From an uncultured Methanoregulaceae archaeon (lineage in GTDB: Archaea; Halobacteriota; Methanomicrobia; Methanomicrobiales; Methanospirillaceae): a stretch of 64,000 nt of DNA. The DNA is taken from contig CAWJAX010000005.1 of assembly GCA_963841015.1 (NCBI GenBank), forward strand, positions 416,001-480,000. Reading direction: 5' to 3'. Numbering within the stretch: position 1 is the stretch's first letter; each line of letters opens with the position of its first letter. The notes beneath the pieces are model-generated. The model had not been told where the DNA came from. It saw only the letters and a program-made list of their open reading frames with translations, and did no database searches. The position numbers and the translations under genes are program-made. Below, piece after piece: positions 32,084 through 42,882 of the stretch.

Positions 32084-33354
32084 CAGCATCCCGTCCTGTA
32101 GCGAAGGATTGCGGCAATTCCACCAAATGCGGAGAAGAGGATCGACCCCTCTTCAAAATCATCGGAGATAAGCTCGACTTTGGCACTACTCAGTTCAGCG
32201 AGTTTGGTCAGTTCATCGATGATATCGATCTCTTCTTCAAGAATCACCGGTGCCGTACATTTCGGACACGAACCGAGAGGGATGTCCCGGACCGATTTTC
32301 CAGCATCAATGTGCACTGTCTTCTCATCGGTAAAATCACAGTTCTGGCATTTTATCCGAAGCCTGGATTTACGGAGGTTTGCCGAGAGAAGCAGGGTGTC
32401 GACTGCCCCGAGTTCAAGATTTTTCCTGATGCTCTCTTCACCATAGGCGGCATTGCTTGCATCCTTGACGAGCTCTCTGAGGAACTTGTCCATCAGTGCT
32501 TTTTCTTTAACGACGCCCATGCCCTTGAGGGCGTCTTTTGCTGCATCCACAAGTTCGGAAAGCCCGTCTTCGTTGGTATATGCTACATCAAAGATCCCAA
32601 TGATCCGCTTCTGGATCTCGTGATGGAGAAAGTTGCCTGCTTCAAACTCTTCTTTTGTCGGACTTGGGCCACCAATCAGCACTCCCTTGAACCGCTCGAA
32701 GAAATCTTTTTCCGCGAGAAATATGGCACTGGCCCGCTCTCCTATTTTTGTATAAAATTCGGCAATTGCAATCTCCCTGAGACGCCCGAAACGGGCAGCA
32801 GACTGGCCGCCTTTACGTGTCTTACCGGGGACTGTTGAGTTTGCACCTCCCATTGGTTCGATCCGGTTGCCGCGTAGAAATCCCCAGTATGCCTCCCGCC
32901 GGTCAAGGACAAGGAGCCCATAGACATACTTTTCCTCAAGCATCTGCTTGAGCGGGTCGAGCTCGAAGTTCGAGCTGCAGCGGTACATATAGAGGTTGAG
33001 AGGTTCCGGGGGCTCTACGATCGTGCACTGGAGATCAGAACGATCACCATAGAGTTTGACCGTTCCGCAGAAGATCGCAAGTCCATTCTGGGGCGGGCGT
33101 TTGTAATACTTGAGCCGTGAGAGGATAGAGGATATGGCGCTCTGGACATTCGTACGTGTCTGTTTGCTTTTAATGTTGGCGCATTGGCCGAATTCATCCT
33201 TCAGCTGGTTTGTAACATCAAAGATCTGCTTATCGGGAGGAATATAGATCGTGATAAGTTCCGTCCCGTCTCCCTGCTGCAGCTCGAGCTTCTCAAGCGC
33301 TTTTTTGAACTCGTAACGCTTTCGCGCATCGTCCATCTCCCGTTCTTCTGCCAT
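32083..33354 (-). CDS. prf1: Peptide chain release factor aRF1
   Basis: NIKS, YRC, GGQS motifs; C-terminal zinc-finger insertion. Confidence 0.96.
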   Translation of the reverse strand: MAEEREMDDARKRYEFKKALEKLELQQGDGTELITIYIPPDKQIFDVTNQLKDEFGQCANIKSKQTRTNVQSAISSILSRLKYYKRPPQNGLAIFCGTVKLYGDRSDLQCTIVEPPEPLNLYMYRCSSNFELDPLKQMLEEKYVYGLLVLDRREAYWGFLRGNRIEPMGGANSTVPGKTRKGGQSAARFGRLREIAIAEFYTKIGERASAIFLAEKDFFERFKGVLIGGPSPTKEEFEAGNFLHHEIQKRIIGIFDVAYTNEDGLSELVDAAKDALKGMGVVKEKALMDKFLRELVKDASNAAYGEESIRKNLELGAVDTLLLSANLRKSRLRIKCQNCDFTDEKTVHIDAGKSVRDIPLGSCPKCTAPVILEEEIDIIDELTKLAELSSAKVELISDDFEEGSILFSAFGGIAAILRYRTGC

Positions 33355-33389
33355 TGCCGGTCTCAAACCTCTCTAGAGCTATTACATAT

Positions 33390-34277
33390 TCACTCGCGTG
33401 TGGCATAAATTTGCGCCCATTGCATAATGATCCGGTCATCGACATCAGTATTGATGCCGTGCTCACCGGAAAATTCAATGAATGTCTTTGGCTCAGTTGC
33501 ATCCCTGAAGAACTGCTTCCCGCTATCGAAAGGGATAATGGGGTCGTTTGCTGCATGGAAGATCCAGACCGGGCGGGGTGATATTTTTGCAAAGTACCTG
33601 CTGGGTTCCAGCGAAGTTGCAAAACGGATCAGATTTCCTGAATATCCCTGCTGAATAGCAGAGTCGAGTACACCCCAATCTGATGTTGAGATTCCAACAT
33701 AACCGGAAAATTCCGGATCAATGCCGGCTGCAACTGCTGCATAGCGGCCGCCGTTACTTGATCCCATTGCATATACCGGGACACCAAACCTGCCCGAAAG
33801 TACCTGCTGTGCTGCCAGGAGATCACAGATAGTCAGATAGTACTGCGGCCAGCCACCTTTTTCAAACAGGGCCAAGTCCCGCTGGGGATTAAACGGGTAG
33901 CCGGGTGTCTGCCCTCCATTGCCACGAATGTCAACAAACAGAAACGCATAACCTGCGGCAGCGTACTGAACCATACGCTCTTCATGTCCTGCAGGTTTCT
34001 CCCCGGCTCCGGGTACATAGACAATCGCAGCCTTTGGATGTTCCGGTGCAGCGAGGTAGGTGACTACATCCCCTTTCTGCGTATGCATGATGACTTTTGT
34101 CTTGGTGTAGGTTCCGTTTTTGAACAAAATCTCTTCACTTGTGGTCACTGGTGCACATGAAACTGAAAGGACACCATTGCTGTCAACGGAATACGACGAT
34201 GAAGCCCGGTTTCCCGTGCAGCCGGCAATGGCAATGAATATAATAAGAAATCCTGTTACGATACTACCCCTGCGCAC
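33390..34277 (-). CDS. Alpha/beta hydrolase, probable lipoprotein
   Basis: Lipobox IAGC, GSSNGG nucleophile elbow, HAANDP, GEHG. Confidence 0.75.
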   Translation of the reverse strand: MRRGSIVTGFLIIFIAIAGCTGNRASSSYSVDSNGVLSVSCAPVTTSEEILFKNGTYTKTKVIMHTQKGDVVTYLAAPEHPKAAIVYVPGAGEKPAGHEERMVQYAAAGYAFLFVDIRGNGGQTPGYPFNPQRDLALFEKGGWPQYYLTICDLLAAQQVLSGRFGVPVYAMGSSNGGRYAAVAAGIDPEFSGYVGISTSDWGVLDSAIQQGYSGNLIRFATSLEPSRYFAKISPRPVWIFHAANDPIIPFDSGKQFFRDATEPKTFIEFSGEHGINTDVDDRIIMQWAQIYATRE

Positions 34278-34280
34278 GGT

Positions 34281-34778
34281 TCAGCACCCCAGGCAGTGAT
34301 GGATCAGACAAATTGTCTTAGCATCAACAATTGTGCCATCGCTGATCATACCGGTAAGATCGTTTATCGCAATATCCACAACCTCAATTACCTCATCCTC
34401 ATCTTTCCCAAATTCCCGAGATGGCGACAGGTCCCGGGCTTCGAAGAGAAAGATCTTCTCATCGGTGTAGCCGGGCGTAGTATATATAAAACCTTTTTCG
34501 GCTATTGTTTTCGCTGCAAAACCGGTCTCCTCGATCAGTTCCCGCCGTGCGGTCTCCAGCGGATCTTCCCCCGGTTCCATCGTTCCTGCCGGTGCTTCAA
34601 AGATATATTGATCTATGGCATACCGGTACTGCTTCAGGAGTTTGCACCGGTCACCATTGAGGGGAAGGATGGCCACTGCGTTTCTGGGGTGAACGATTAC
34701 CTTCTCTCTTTCAATGCCATTCGGAAGCCGGATCGTGCGTTTCTCGATCCAGAGTCGCCTGCCACGGAATATTTCCAT
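34281..34778 (-). CDS. NUDIX hydrolase (ADP-ribose pyrophosphatase-like)
   Basis: Nudix box PAGTMEPGEDPLETARRELIEETG. Confidence 0.9.
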   Translation of the reverse strand: MEIFRGRRLWIEKRTIRLPNGIEREKVIVHPRNAVAILPLNGDRCKLLKQYRYAIDQYIFEAPAGTMEPGEDPLETARRELIEETGFAAKTIAEKGFIYTTPGYTDEKIFLFEARDLSPSREFGKDEDEVIEVVDIAINDLTGMISDGTIVDAKTICLIHHCLGC

Positions 34779-35447
34779 TTATTCCTCGTATTCTATTGGA
34801 TCCCGCCTGCCGACTGCAGCGAATGCCTCTTTGCGGAAGTGGCACGACCCGCAGGTACCACATGCTCTTCCTTCACTCCGGTAACAGGACCAGGTATGCT
34901 CATAGGGAACACCGAGCTTCAGACCTTCTTGCAGGATATCTGTCTTCGTCATTGTGATGAATGGAGTGAAGAGAGTGATTTTTGTCGTATCTTTTGTGCC
35001 CAGATCAATCACGCGCTGGAATGCCTCAATGAACTGAGGACGGCAGTCAGGATACCCGCTGTAATCAAGTGACTGGACTCCAATGAAGATTGCATCGGCT
35101 TCCCTGGCCTCAGCAAAACTCGTTGCAATCGAGAGGAGGTTTGCATTCCTGAACGGGACATAGGTACTCGGCAAATGTAACCTCTCTGGATCATACTCTT
35201 CTACATCAATTTTTTTATCGGTGAGGCTGCTAGCCCCAAACTTTGCAAAATAGTCCAGGCTGATTTCAACAAATGCTTCAGCCTTCAGGAGTGAGGCGAT
35301 TTTTTTTGCACTGATTAGTTCCTTTCGTTCTGTCCGCTGTCCGTAGTTCATATGTAACGCGAGAATTTCATAGCCCCTGCTTTTTGCCACAAACGCGAGC
35401 GTTGATGAGTCCATTCCTCCAGAGAGTAAACACACTGCTTTCATCAT
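34779..35447 (-). CDS. queC: 7-cyano-7-deazaguanine synthase
   Basis: SGGMDS, YVPFRN, YPDCR, TWSCY, CGTCGSC. Confidence 0.95.
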   Translation of the reverse strand: MMKAVCLLSGGMDSSTLAFVAKSRGYEILALHMNYGQRTERKELISAKKIASLLKAEAFVEISLDYFAKFGASSLTDKKIDVEEYDPERLHLPSTYVPFRNANLLSIATSFAEAREADAIFIGVQSLDYSGYPDCRPQFIEAFQRVIDLGTKDTTKITLFTPFITMTKTDILQEGLKLGVPYEHTWSCYRSEGRACGTCGSCHFRKEAFAAVGRRDPIEYEE

Positions 35448-36052
35448 TTCACCCCAACGATTTTGTGGAGCTGGACCTGGAATCGTACCGGGAGGTTGTT
35501 GTCCAGAATGAATTTTATTATCATGGTATAATCGCTCCCAAAGACCGGTGATAAAAAAATCTCTCCGGGGATCCGGTATGAGGTAATGATCTCACGGGCA
35601 TACTGGCAGTCAGCCCCGTCCTTTACGACAAACTTGACACTATCCTGTGAGCGAAGAGTATTAAGAAGTTCAAGATTGCTCTGCTCTCCCGAAGACGGGC
35701 ATTTCACGTCCATGCAGATCGATGCGTACGGTTGCAACCGGGTAAAGTTAATCGTACCATTCGTCTCGATATCTATCGCTGTTCCCCGCGTGTGAAGCGA
35801 GACCAGCAGGGGTTCAAGATCGTCAGCCTGCAGGAGTGGTTCACCTCCCGTGATACAGACATAGGGGGGATTCAGGCGCCAGACCTGCTCAAGGATGAGA
35901 TCAATGTTCATCTCCATGCCGCCGGTTTGTGCATACGGTGTATCACACCAGTGACAGTTGAGATTACAGCCGGCGAGCCGGATAAAAAGGCAGGGCTTTC
36001 CCTGGTTTTTCCCCTCACCCTGCAGGCTCCTGAAAATTTCTGCGATCTTCAT
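35444..36052 (-). CDS. queE: 7-carboxy-7-deazaguanine synthase (radical SAM)
   Basis: [31 protein letters not shown]. Confidence 0.93.
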   Translation of the reverse strand: MKIAEIFRSLQGEGKNQGKPCLFIRLAGCNLNCHWCDTPYAQTGGMEMNIDLILEQVWRLNPPYVCITGGEPLLQADDLEPLLVSLHTRGTAIDIETNGTINFTRLQPYASICMDVKCPSSGEQSNLELLNTLRSQDSVKFVVKDGADCQYAREIITSYRIPGEIFLSPVFGSDYTMIIKFILDNNLPVRFQVQLHKIVGVK

Positions 36053-36453
36053 TCAGTAAGCTCAGCACAAGCTGTCGGGGATTCCCAGACGCGGATCTTC
36101 GTTATTGTCACCTTAATTCCCAGATCCCGGCAGACCTTATAGAGATCATCGCGGATGATGGCTGCCATCAGCTCACTGGTTGGATCTCCCGGCGTTGTAA
36201 TAACCGGGTGGAACTCCTGGATGCGGGGTACCATCGGGTCATCGCAATTCAGGATTATCTGGTGATCGTACTTGTCAATCACCTGTTTTATCAAACTATA
36301 ATCTATCAGGATTTGCGTTGCCGGGTCTGGTTCTCCCTCCATCCAGACCTCAACCTTCCATCGGTGTCCATGGAGGTTGGCACATTTGCCAATATAGTGG
36401 AGCAGACGGTGACTGGTATCAAGGTGCACCTCTTTATAGATCCCGACTTTCAT
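36049..36453 (-). CDS. queD: 6-carboxytetrahydropterin synthase
   Basis: H.L..Y.GKCANLHGH, DH, PTSE, VWES. Confidence 0.92.
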   Translation of the reverse strand: MKVGIYKEVHLDTSHRLLHYIGKCANLHGHRWKVEVWMEGEPDPATQILIDYSLIKQVIDKYDHQIILNCDDPMVPRIQEFHPVITTPGDPTSELMAAIIRDDLYKVCRDLGIKVTITKIRVWESPTACAELTE

Positions 36454-36617
36454 TGTATGCTATAGGTTATGGAAGATATAATATTATTACGAGTGAGGGA
36501 TAATAGTATAAGACAGGCAGGTGGGTTGCCACAATTTATAAATCGGTTACCTGCGTTTGTATATATCTCAGTGTAGGTTATCGATAACCACAAAAACAAC
36601 AAAAATGAGGCTATTTA

Positions 36618-37046
36618 ATGGGACAGGGTAAATTTGCAGCCAGAAAATTGGTTCGGGACTCAAACAAGTTCCGGTGGGCAGATAAAAACTATGCCCGCCG
36701 CGAACTTAATCTCGATGTGAAATCAGACCCGCTGGAGGGTGCTCCACAAGCGAGAGGTATCGTGCTGGAAAAGGTCGGTGTTGAGGCAAAACAACCAAAC
36801 TCCGCGATTCGCAAGTGCGTACGTGTACAGTTGATCAAGAACGGACGCCAGGTTACCGCCTTTGCAGTTGGTGACGGTGCAATCAATTTCATCGATGAGC
36901 ATGATGAAGTTGAGATTGAGGGTATTGGCGGGCGTCTCGGTCGTTCGATGGGAGATATCCCCGGGGTACGGTACGTCGTTACCAAGGTAAACAATGTCTG
37001 CCTTCATGAAATGGTCATTGGCAGGAAGGAGAAACCGCGCAGGTGA
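36618..37046 (+). CDS. rps12: 30S ribosomal protein S12
   Basis: [21 protein letters not shown]. Confidence 0.97.
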   Translation: MGQGKFAARKLVRDSNKFRWADKNYARRELNLDVKSDPLEGAPQARGIVLEKVGVEAKQPNSAIRKCVRVQLIKNGRQVTAFAVGDGAINFIDEHDEVEIEGIGGRLGRSMGDIPGVRYVVTKVNNVCLHEMVIGRKEKPRR

Positions 37047-37051
37047 TCAGT

Positions 37052-37630
37052 ATGAAAGAAACAGAAGGAAAGAAACTGCTTTTTAATAAGTGGGACGCGA
37101 GCGAAGTCAAGGTTAACGATCCTGGCCTTGTTCGCTATGTGAACCTGACAGCTTTAATCATCCCCCATTCCTGCGGCAAATTCTCTAAGCAGGAGTTCAA
37201 TAAAGCTAACATGCCCATTGTCGAACGCCTGATCAACCGTCTGATGCAGACCGAGAATAATACCGGAAAGAAGCAGATGACCATCCGGATCGTGCGGGAA
37301 GCATTTGAGATTATCAACAAGAAGACCAAGCGCAACCCGATTGAAGTACTCGTTGAGGCAATCGCAAATTCCGGTCCCAGGGAAGAGACGGTTCGTCTTA
37401 AGTACGGTGGTATCAACGTCCCGAAATCTGTCGACACTGCCCCGCTGCGCAGGGTTGATTCCGCAATCGGTTTTATAGCAGAAGCAACATTGAAGGGATC
37501 GCGTTCGAGCAAAAAGAAAGCGAGTGCAATCCTCGCCGATGAACTGATCGCCGCTTCAAAGGGCGATATGAAGTGTTACTCGGTAGGTAAAAAGGAAGAA
37601 CGCGAGCGTATTGCAAAATCCGCCCGTTAA
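37052..37630 (+). CDS. rps7: 30S ribosomal protein S7
   Basis: IVERLIN, GPREE, VDTAP.RRVD, ERIAKSAR; ATG after AGGTGA. Confidence 0.96.
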   Translation: MKETEGKKLLFNKWDASEVKVNDPGLVRYVNLTALIIPHSCGKFSKQEFNKANMPIVERLINRLMQTENNTGKKQMTIRIVREAFEIINKKTKRNPIEVLVEAIANSGPREETVRLKYGGINVPKSVDTAPLRRVDSAIGFIAEATLKGSRSSKKKASAILADELIAASKGDMKCYSVGKKEERERIAKSAR

Positions 37631-37652
37631 TATCTTTTTTTGAGGTTATTTC

Positions 37653-39848
37653 ATGGTCCGCGGCAAAAAATCTGTTGAGCGCGCAACTGAGCTCATGAAG
37701 GATCCGAAGCACATTCGGAATATCGGAATTGTGGCACACATCGACCACGGTAAGACGACCCTGTCCGACAACCTGCTTGCAGGTGCTGGCATTATCTCTG
37801 AAGAGCTTGCAGGCAAGCAGCTGTTCATGGATTCAGACGCTGAGGAGCAGGCTCGGGGTATTACGATCGATGCCTCGAATGTCTCGATGGTGCATGAATA
37901 TGAAGGTCAGGACTACCTGATCAACATGATCGATACGCCAGGGCATGTCGATTTTGGTGGCGACGTGACACGTGCAATGCGCGCTGTTGATGGTGCAGTC
38001 GTTCTGGTTGATGCGGTTGAAGGTACCATGCCCCAGACCGAGACCGTGCTTCGGCAGGCATTAAAGGAGCAGGTACGTCCCGTCCTCTTCATCAACAAAG
38101 TCGACCGACTCATCAATGAGCTGAAAGTCGATGAGATGGAGATGCAGATCCGGCTCGGCAAGGTAATCGATAAGGTCAACAAGCTGATCAAGGGGATGAA
38201 CGAGGAAGCTTATAATAACGGCTGGAAGCTTGACGCTGCAAAAGGCACGGTTGCTTTTGGATCAGCTCTCTACAACTGGGCAGTCTCTGCCCCGTTCATG
38301 AAGAAGAGCGGTGTCTCATTCAAGGATGTCTATGAAAAGTGCCGTGAAGGAGATATGAAATACCTGGCAAAGAACAGCCCGCTCTCTGAAGTCCTTCTGG
38401 ATATGGTGGTGCGCACACTCCCAAACCCCTTAGAAGCACAGCCCCGTCGGGTCAACGTTATCTGGCACGGGGACAAGACAACTCCTGAAGGCAAGGCAAT
38501 GCTTTCCTGCGATCCCAAGGGCCCCGTCGCAATGATGGTTACTGACATCTCCTTTGATCCCCATGCAGGTGAAGTTGCCACGGGACGTCTCTTCTCCGGC
38601 AGCCTCAAGCGTGGTGACGGTCTTTATGTCATGGGCTCGGCAAAGAAGGAGAACCGTCTCCAGCAAGTCGGTATCTTCATGGGTCCCAAGCGTGTGGAAG
38701 TAGAAGAGATCGTCGCGGGAAATATCGCCGCAGTCACTGGTCTTAAGGACGCCATGGTCGGATCAACGGTAACTTCCCTTTTGGAAATGACCCCGTTTGA
38801 GTCGCTCAAGCACTACTCTGAACCAGTCATGACGGTTGCCGTAGAGGCAAAGAACATGAAGGACCTGCCCAAGCTCGTAGAAGTGCTCCGGCAGGTTGCA
38901 AAAGAAGACCCGACGCTGGTCATCACCATCAATGAAGAGACCGGTGAACATCTGATTTCAGGTATGGGTGAACTGCACCTTGAGATCATTACCGGCCGTA
39001 TCAAGCGCGACAAGGGTGTCGAGATCGTCACTTCAGAACCGATCGTTGTTTACCGTGAGACTGTAGTCCAGAAGGTTGAGTCCGTAGAAGGCAAGTCTCC
39101 GAACCGCCATAACCGGTTCTACTTTGATCTTCAGCCACTCCCTGATGAGATTGTCGACCTGATCAAAAAAGGCGAAATCTCCATGAACCAGCAGATGCTT
39201 GAACGCCGTGATATTCTCATCAAGGCGGGCATGGACAAAGACGAGGCTAAAAATATCAAGGACATCAAGGGCACTAACATGCTCATCGATAAGACCAAAG
39301 GTGTCCAGTATCTCAATGAGACCATGGAGCTGATCATCGAAGGTATCCACGAGGCACTCGCCGGTGGTCCCCTTGCGGATGAACCAGTCCAGAATCTCAA
39401 GATGACACTCGTCGATGTCAAGCTGCACGAGGATGCGATTCACCGGGGTCCCGCACAGGTTATCCCTGCTGTCCGTGGTGCGATAAAGGGTGGTATGCTG
39501 GTTGCCGGCGATTCTCTCTCAGAGCCGGTCCAGAAGATCCAGATCACGGTCCCGATGGACCAGATGGGTGCGGCGACTTCCCAGATCCAGGGACGGCGTG
39601 GACAGGTCTTTGACATGACGAGCGAAGGTGACACGATTACCGTCGTCGGTAAGGCTCCGGTTGCCGAGCTCTTCGGGTTTTCGGGCGATATCCGCTCCGC
39701 GACCGAAGGCCGTGCCATGTGGAACACGGAGTTTTCTGGATTCGAACTTGTCCCCAACAGTATGCTCAAGGAAGTTGTTGTAGGGATCCGTAAACGCAAG
39801 GGACTCAAAGAAGTGCTCCCGACACCCTCCGATTACCTTGCGGGTTAA
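37653..39848 (+). CDS. fusA: Translation elongation factor EF-2
   Basis: [26 protein letters not shown], diphthamide loop HEDAIHRG. Confidence 0.98.
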   Translation: MVRGKKSVERATELMKDPKHIRNIGIVAHIDHGKTTLSDNLLAGAGIISEELAGKQLFMDSDAEEQARGITIDASNVSMVHEYEGQDYLINMIDTPGHVDFGGDVTRAMRAVDGAVVLVDAVEGTMPQTETVLRQALKEQVRPVLFINKVDRLINELKVDEMEMQIRLGKVIDKVNKLIKGMNEEAYNNGWKLDAAKGTVAFGSALYNWAVSAPFMKKSGVSFKDVYEKCREGDMKYLAKNSPLSEVLLDMVVRTLPNPLEAQPRRVNVIWHGDKTTPEGKAMLSCDPKGPVAMMVTDISFDPHAGEVATGRLFSGSLKRGDGLYVMGSAKKENRLQQVGIFMGPKRVEVEEIVAGNIAAVTGLKDAMVGSTVTSLLEMTPFESLKHYSEPVMTVAVEAKNMKDLPKLVEVLRQVAKEDPTLVITINEETGEHLISGMGELHLEIITGRIKRDKGVEIVTSEPIVVYRETVVQKVESVEGKSPNRHNRFYFDLQPLPDEIVDLIKKGEISMNQQMLERRDILIKAGMDKDEAKNIKDIKGTNMLIDKTKGVQYLNETMELIIEGIHEALAGGPLADEPVQNLKMTLVDVKLHEDAIHRGPAQVIPAVRGAIKGGMLVAGDSLSEPVQKIQITVPMDQMGAATSQIQGRRGQVFDMTSEGDTITVVGKAPVAELFGFSGDIRSATEGRAMWNTEFSGFELVPNSMLKEVVVGIRKRKGLKEVLPTPSDYLAG

Positions 39849-39849
39849 T

Positions 39850-39872
39850 TTTCATCCCTCTCCCTTTTTTAG
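39850..39872 (+). terminator. Probable pyrimidine/oligo-T terminator after EF-2
   Basis: ttttcatccctctcccttttttag directly after the stop codon. Confidence 0.4.
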
Positions 39873-40036
39873 TGATTAATAAAAAGATAATCTACGGAAT
39901 AATCCACACATCTGTGGGATTGAAGTCCCGCTTAGTGATTTGTTCTTTTGGGTATTGTATCAAAGAGCTGTTTTTCCTTTGACCTTTTCACATTTTACCG
40001 AAATGGTAAAAAGAACCACGGGCAAATTTTATCCAG

Positions 40037-40549
40037 ATGAGTGAAGAGAAAAGATGCAAAATCGTGGTTTTCGGACCTTTTGGTGCCGGGAAGACAACGC
40101 TGATTCAAACTCTCGATCCTGAATCAAAACATGTGGAAGCTGCATGTGCGGGAGGCACTACCACAATTGCACTTGATTTTGGGAGAATACAGGCAAATGG
40201 GCATCATATCCATATTTTTGGAACTCCTGGACAGGAACGGTTTGAGTTCGCCCGGGAGATTATCGGGAAAGGGATGGATGGCGCGATACTGCTTATTGAT
40301 GCAACAAGCCCGGTTGACGATTTCATTCGACACCTCCACCATTCGCTTACTGCTGCAGGAATACCGTTTGTGATTTTTTTAAACAAATGCGACTGTATCG
40401 GAGCACGCCCCGATTTAATTGAAAAAGAGTTCAACACTTCAGCTATCCGGAAGGTCTCGGCAAAAGACAGGAAACAATCCCTCGAGGCAGTGTGCACTTT
40501 TGCACAGATCCTGCCACCACATCCAAACGGGCATTCCCCTGCTCTCTGA
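40037..40549 (+). CDS. Small GTPase (MglA/Ras-like, ATP_bind_1 type)
   Basis: GPFGAGKTT, TTIALDFG, GTPGQERF, NKCD. Confidence 0.85.
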   Translation: MSEEKRCKIVVFGPFGAGKTTLIQTLDPESKHVEAACAGGTTTIALDFGRIQANGHHIHIFGTPGQERFEFAREIIGKGMDGAILLIDATSPVDDFIRHLHHSLTAAGIPFVIFLNKCDCIGARPDLIEKEFNTSAIRKVSAKDRKQSLEAVCTFAQILPPHPNGHSPAL

Positions 40550-40567
40550 TGTTTTACTTATCCTGCG

Positions 40568-40915
40568 TCAGCAGGTTACATGTATGATCGCAAAAAACGA
40601 CCGGCGTTCTTTTTTGAGCATATCCAGGATCTCCGGAGTTGGCCGTATAACTGTTTCAAACCTGCTGAGCTCCCTTTCTGCTTCCGGTGTGATTGGAAGA
40701 TCCCCGTATTGCCCGGTTCCGATATAGACAATTTCGGGTTTTTCTTTTTTTACCACTTCCAGTTCCTGATCCGAGAGCGGAGTGTGCCCGTACGTACTTT
40801 TCAGTTCTTTGGATTTTTTCTTTGAACGTTTGGTAACCGAGCCGTCACGGTGAATAATCACATCGTGGTCATACCTGACTTTGTCGATCTCTATCCAGCC
40901 GAATTCTGATTTCAT
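40568..40915 (-). CDS. Mth938-like (DUF498) protein
   Basis: FG.I.I....Y.HD, IGTGQ.G, C-terminal HVTC. Confidence 0.8.
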   Translation of the reverse strand: MKSEFGWIEIDKVRYDHDVIIHRDGSVTKRSKKKSKELKSTYGHTPLSDQELEVVKKEKPEIVYIGTGQYGDLPITPEAERELSRFETVIRPTPEILDMLKKERRSFFAIIHVTC

Positions 40916-41005
40916 ATATGGATGGTCATTTGCATGAACGACAATAAAAAGGAAATGGGTGAATTAAAAGAAACGAAAAGCATAAAGAGATTAAAAAAAT
41001 TTATC

Positions 41006-41601
41006 TTAGACCATCACTGCACGGATAATAGTGACATTCTGAACCGGGCGGTCGCCGGCACCGGTTTTTGTTTTGCCGATTTTGTCAACAACATCCATAC
41101 CCTCTACCACTTTCCCAAAGACCGGGTGTTTGGTATCGAGGAAGTTGTTGTTGATAAGGTTGATGAAGAACTGGCTGCCGCCGTGTTCGGGCCGGCGTTT
41201 GCCATGGAGATTGTCCCCCGATCATTCCGGTTGGTTTTCGTGAACTCATCATTTATCTTGTAGCCAGGTCCACCCATGCCGGTACCAGTCGGATCACCTC
41301 CCTGGATCATGAAGCCATCAATAACCCGGTGGAAGATTACACCGTCGTAATAGCCTTTCTTCACGAGCGATTCAAAGTTCCCTGCGGTGATGGGCATGGC
41401 AGGGTCGAGCGCAATAGTGATATTACCCATATTCGTTTCGATCTTTACCAGTTTCTGAGATTCGGCGGAAGGTGTCATAGATACTGTCCCGGCCACTGGT
41501 GTGGCCTGTTTTGTCGCTGGAGCGGACTGAGTGCACCCTGCACAGAGAATAAAACCTGCAATAAGGATGCCTGACAGGATGGAGGTACGCATTGGTGACA
41601 T
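41006..41601 (-). pseudogene. Cyclophilin-type peptidyl-prolyl isomerase (lipoprotein) split by a 1-bp deletion near 41182
   Basis: [28 protein letters not shown]; shifted frame continues GSQFFINL...[14 protein letters not shown] to TAA at 41006. May be an assembly error. Confidence 0.82.
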
Positions 41602-41665
41602 CGCTATTAATGTTAGAGCGGAAAGAAAATAAAGATTACAGGAAGGAACGCTTCCAGGGGATGAT

Positions 41666-42415
41666 ATGACTCTTACTGCACAGGAATTATACCAACGCGG
41701 GACAGCCCTTGTCTGTGCAGGGCGGTATGCTGAAGCCATCGCATGGTTTGATCGCGCTCTTGAGCGTACTCCACGAAACAAGGAAGTGCTCGTTGCCCTC
41801 GCCGCAGCAGTGGACCGTCTCGGTCTTTTCCAGGAAGCGGTCCTCAGCTGTGATCAGGCACTGGAGATTGATGATCAGTACCCTGACGCATGGTTTGTAA
41901 AAGGCCTGGCGCTGTTCAGGCTCTCACAATACACTGAATCAGGCAGTTGTTTCCAGATGCTGGTAGAGATGGATCATACGCATGCAGAAGCATGGTTCAT
42001 GAAAGGGAACTGCCATTACCAGCTCGGTGAGTTCACCGATGCGATCCGCTGCTACGAAGAGACGGTCCGGATCCACAGGAAATACCCAAAAGCTCTCTAC
42101 AATATGGCCGTTGCCCTTGCAGAAACTGCACAGTATGAAGATGCGATCCGGTTCTATAACCAGTGCCTTGCGATGAACCCGGGGGTTGGCACCGTCATGA
42201 CAAATAAGGCCGTTGCCCTTGCACGTCTCGGGCGCTATGAACAGGCAGAAGTGTTGCTCAGGGAAGCGCTGGATCTTGATCCTCGTGATGTGACCGCATG
42301 GACCAACCTGGGACTCTGCTTAAGCCGGCTCAGGTACGAACAGGAAGCGATTGCCTGCTTTGAAAAAGTCCGTCAACTTTCGGGCGTCAAGACATTGCGG
42401 GATATCGTACCGTGA
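41666..42415 (+). CDS. Tetratricopeptide-repeat protein
   Basis: About 7 tandem TPR units (AW..KG..L..L..Y.EA). Confidence 0.85.
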   Translation: MTLTAQELYQRGTALVCAGRYAEAIAWFDRALERTPRNKEVLVALAAAVDRLGLFQEAVLSCDQALEIDDQYPDAWFVKGLALFRLSQYTESGSCFQMLVEMDHTHAEAWFMKGNCHYQLGEFTDAIRCYEETVRIHRKYPKALYNMAVALAETAQYEDAIRFYNQCLAMNPGVGTVMTNKAVALARLGRYEQAEVLLREALDLDPRDVTAWTNLGLCLSRLRYEQEAIACFEKVRQLSGVKTLRDIVP

Positions 42416-42882
42416 TAACCTGCTCTTTGTCATGCAGATGTTTTTCCGGTTTTCTTTTCTCCAGAATTGAAGATCACCGACGATACTCCCCTTTTAGTCT
42501 CTTATGCAGAAAATGAGTGAAATAAGCCCTATACGGGCTCTGAATCCCCTCTCGATCTTCACTTTCTCTGGATAAAACCCCGTAAATCCCTACTTTTCGG
42601 TTCGTGTAGAGAATATGCTCAATTATCGCTCTGTTTACCAAAAAACGGCAAATTTGCACCCACTCTAAAGCCCACCAAAGGCCCTGGAACCGAGGCAGAT
42701 TTCACCATATGGTTTAGCCCATATGGATCCATAAACCCTGACTGAACACCACTATAAAGGTCATTTTCTCCGATGACAATTGAAAAAAAGGCAGATGGAA
42801 GGAGCCAGGAAATGGTAAGATTTCCGTGTCTATGTGAGTTCTTCAGATTTTTTTAAGAACACATCCCTGTAATACGGAACCC

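Noticed and set aside
34779-36453. queCDE as a dpd 7-deazaguanine DNA-modification island
   Set aside because: No dpdA/TGT-like or other dpd genes; housekeeping context fits archaeosine synthesis
40922-41263. 113-aa plus-strand ORF
   Set aside because: Antisense to the frameshifted cyclophilin C-terminus
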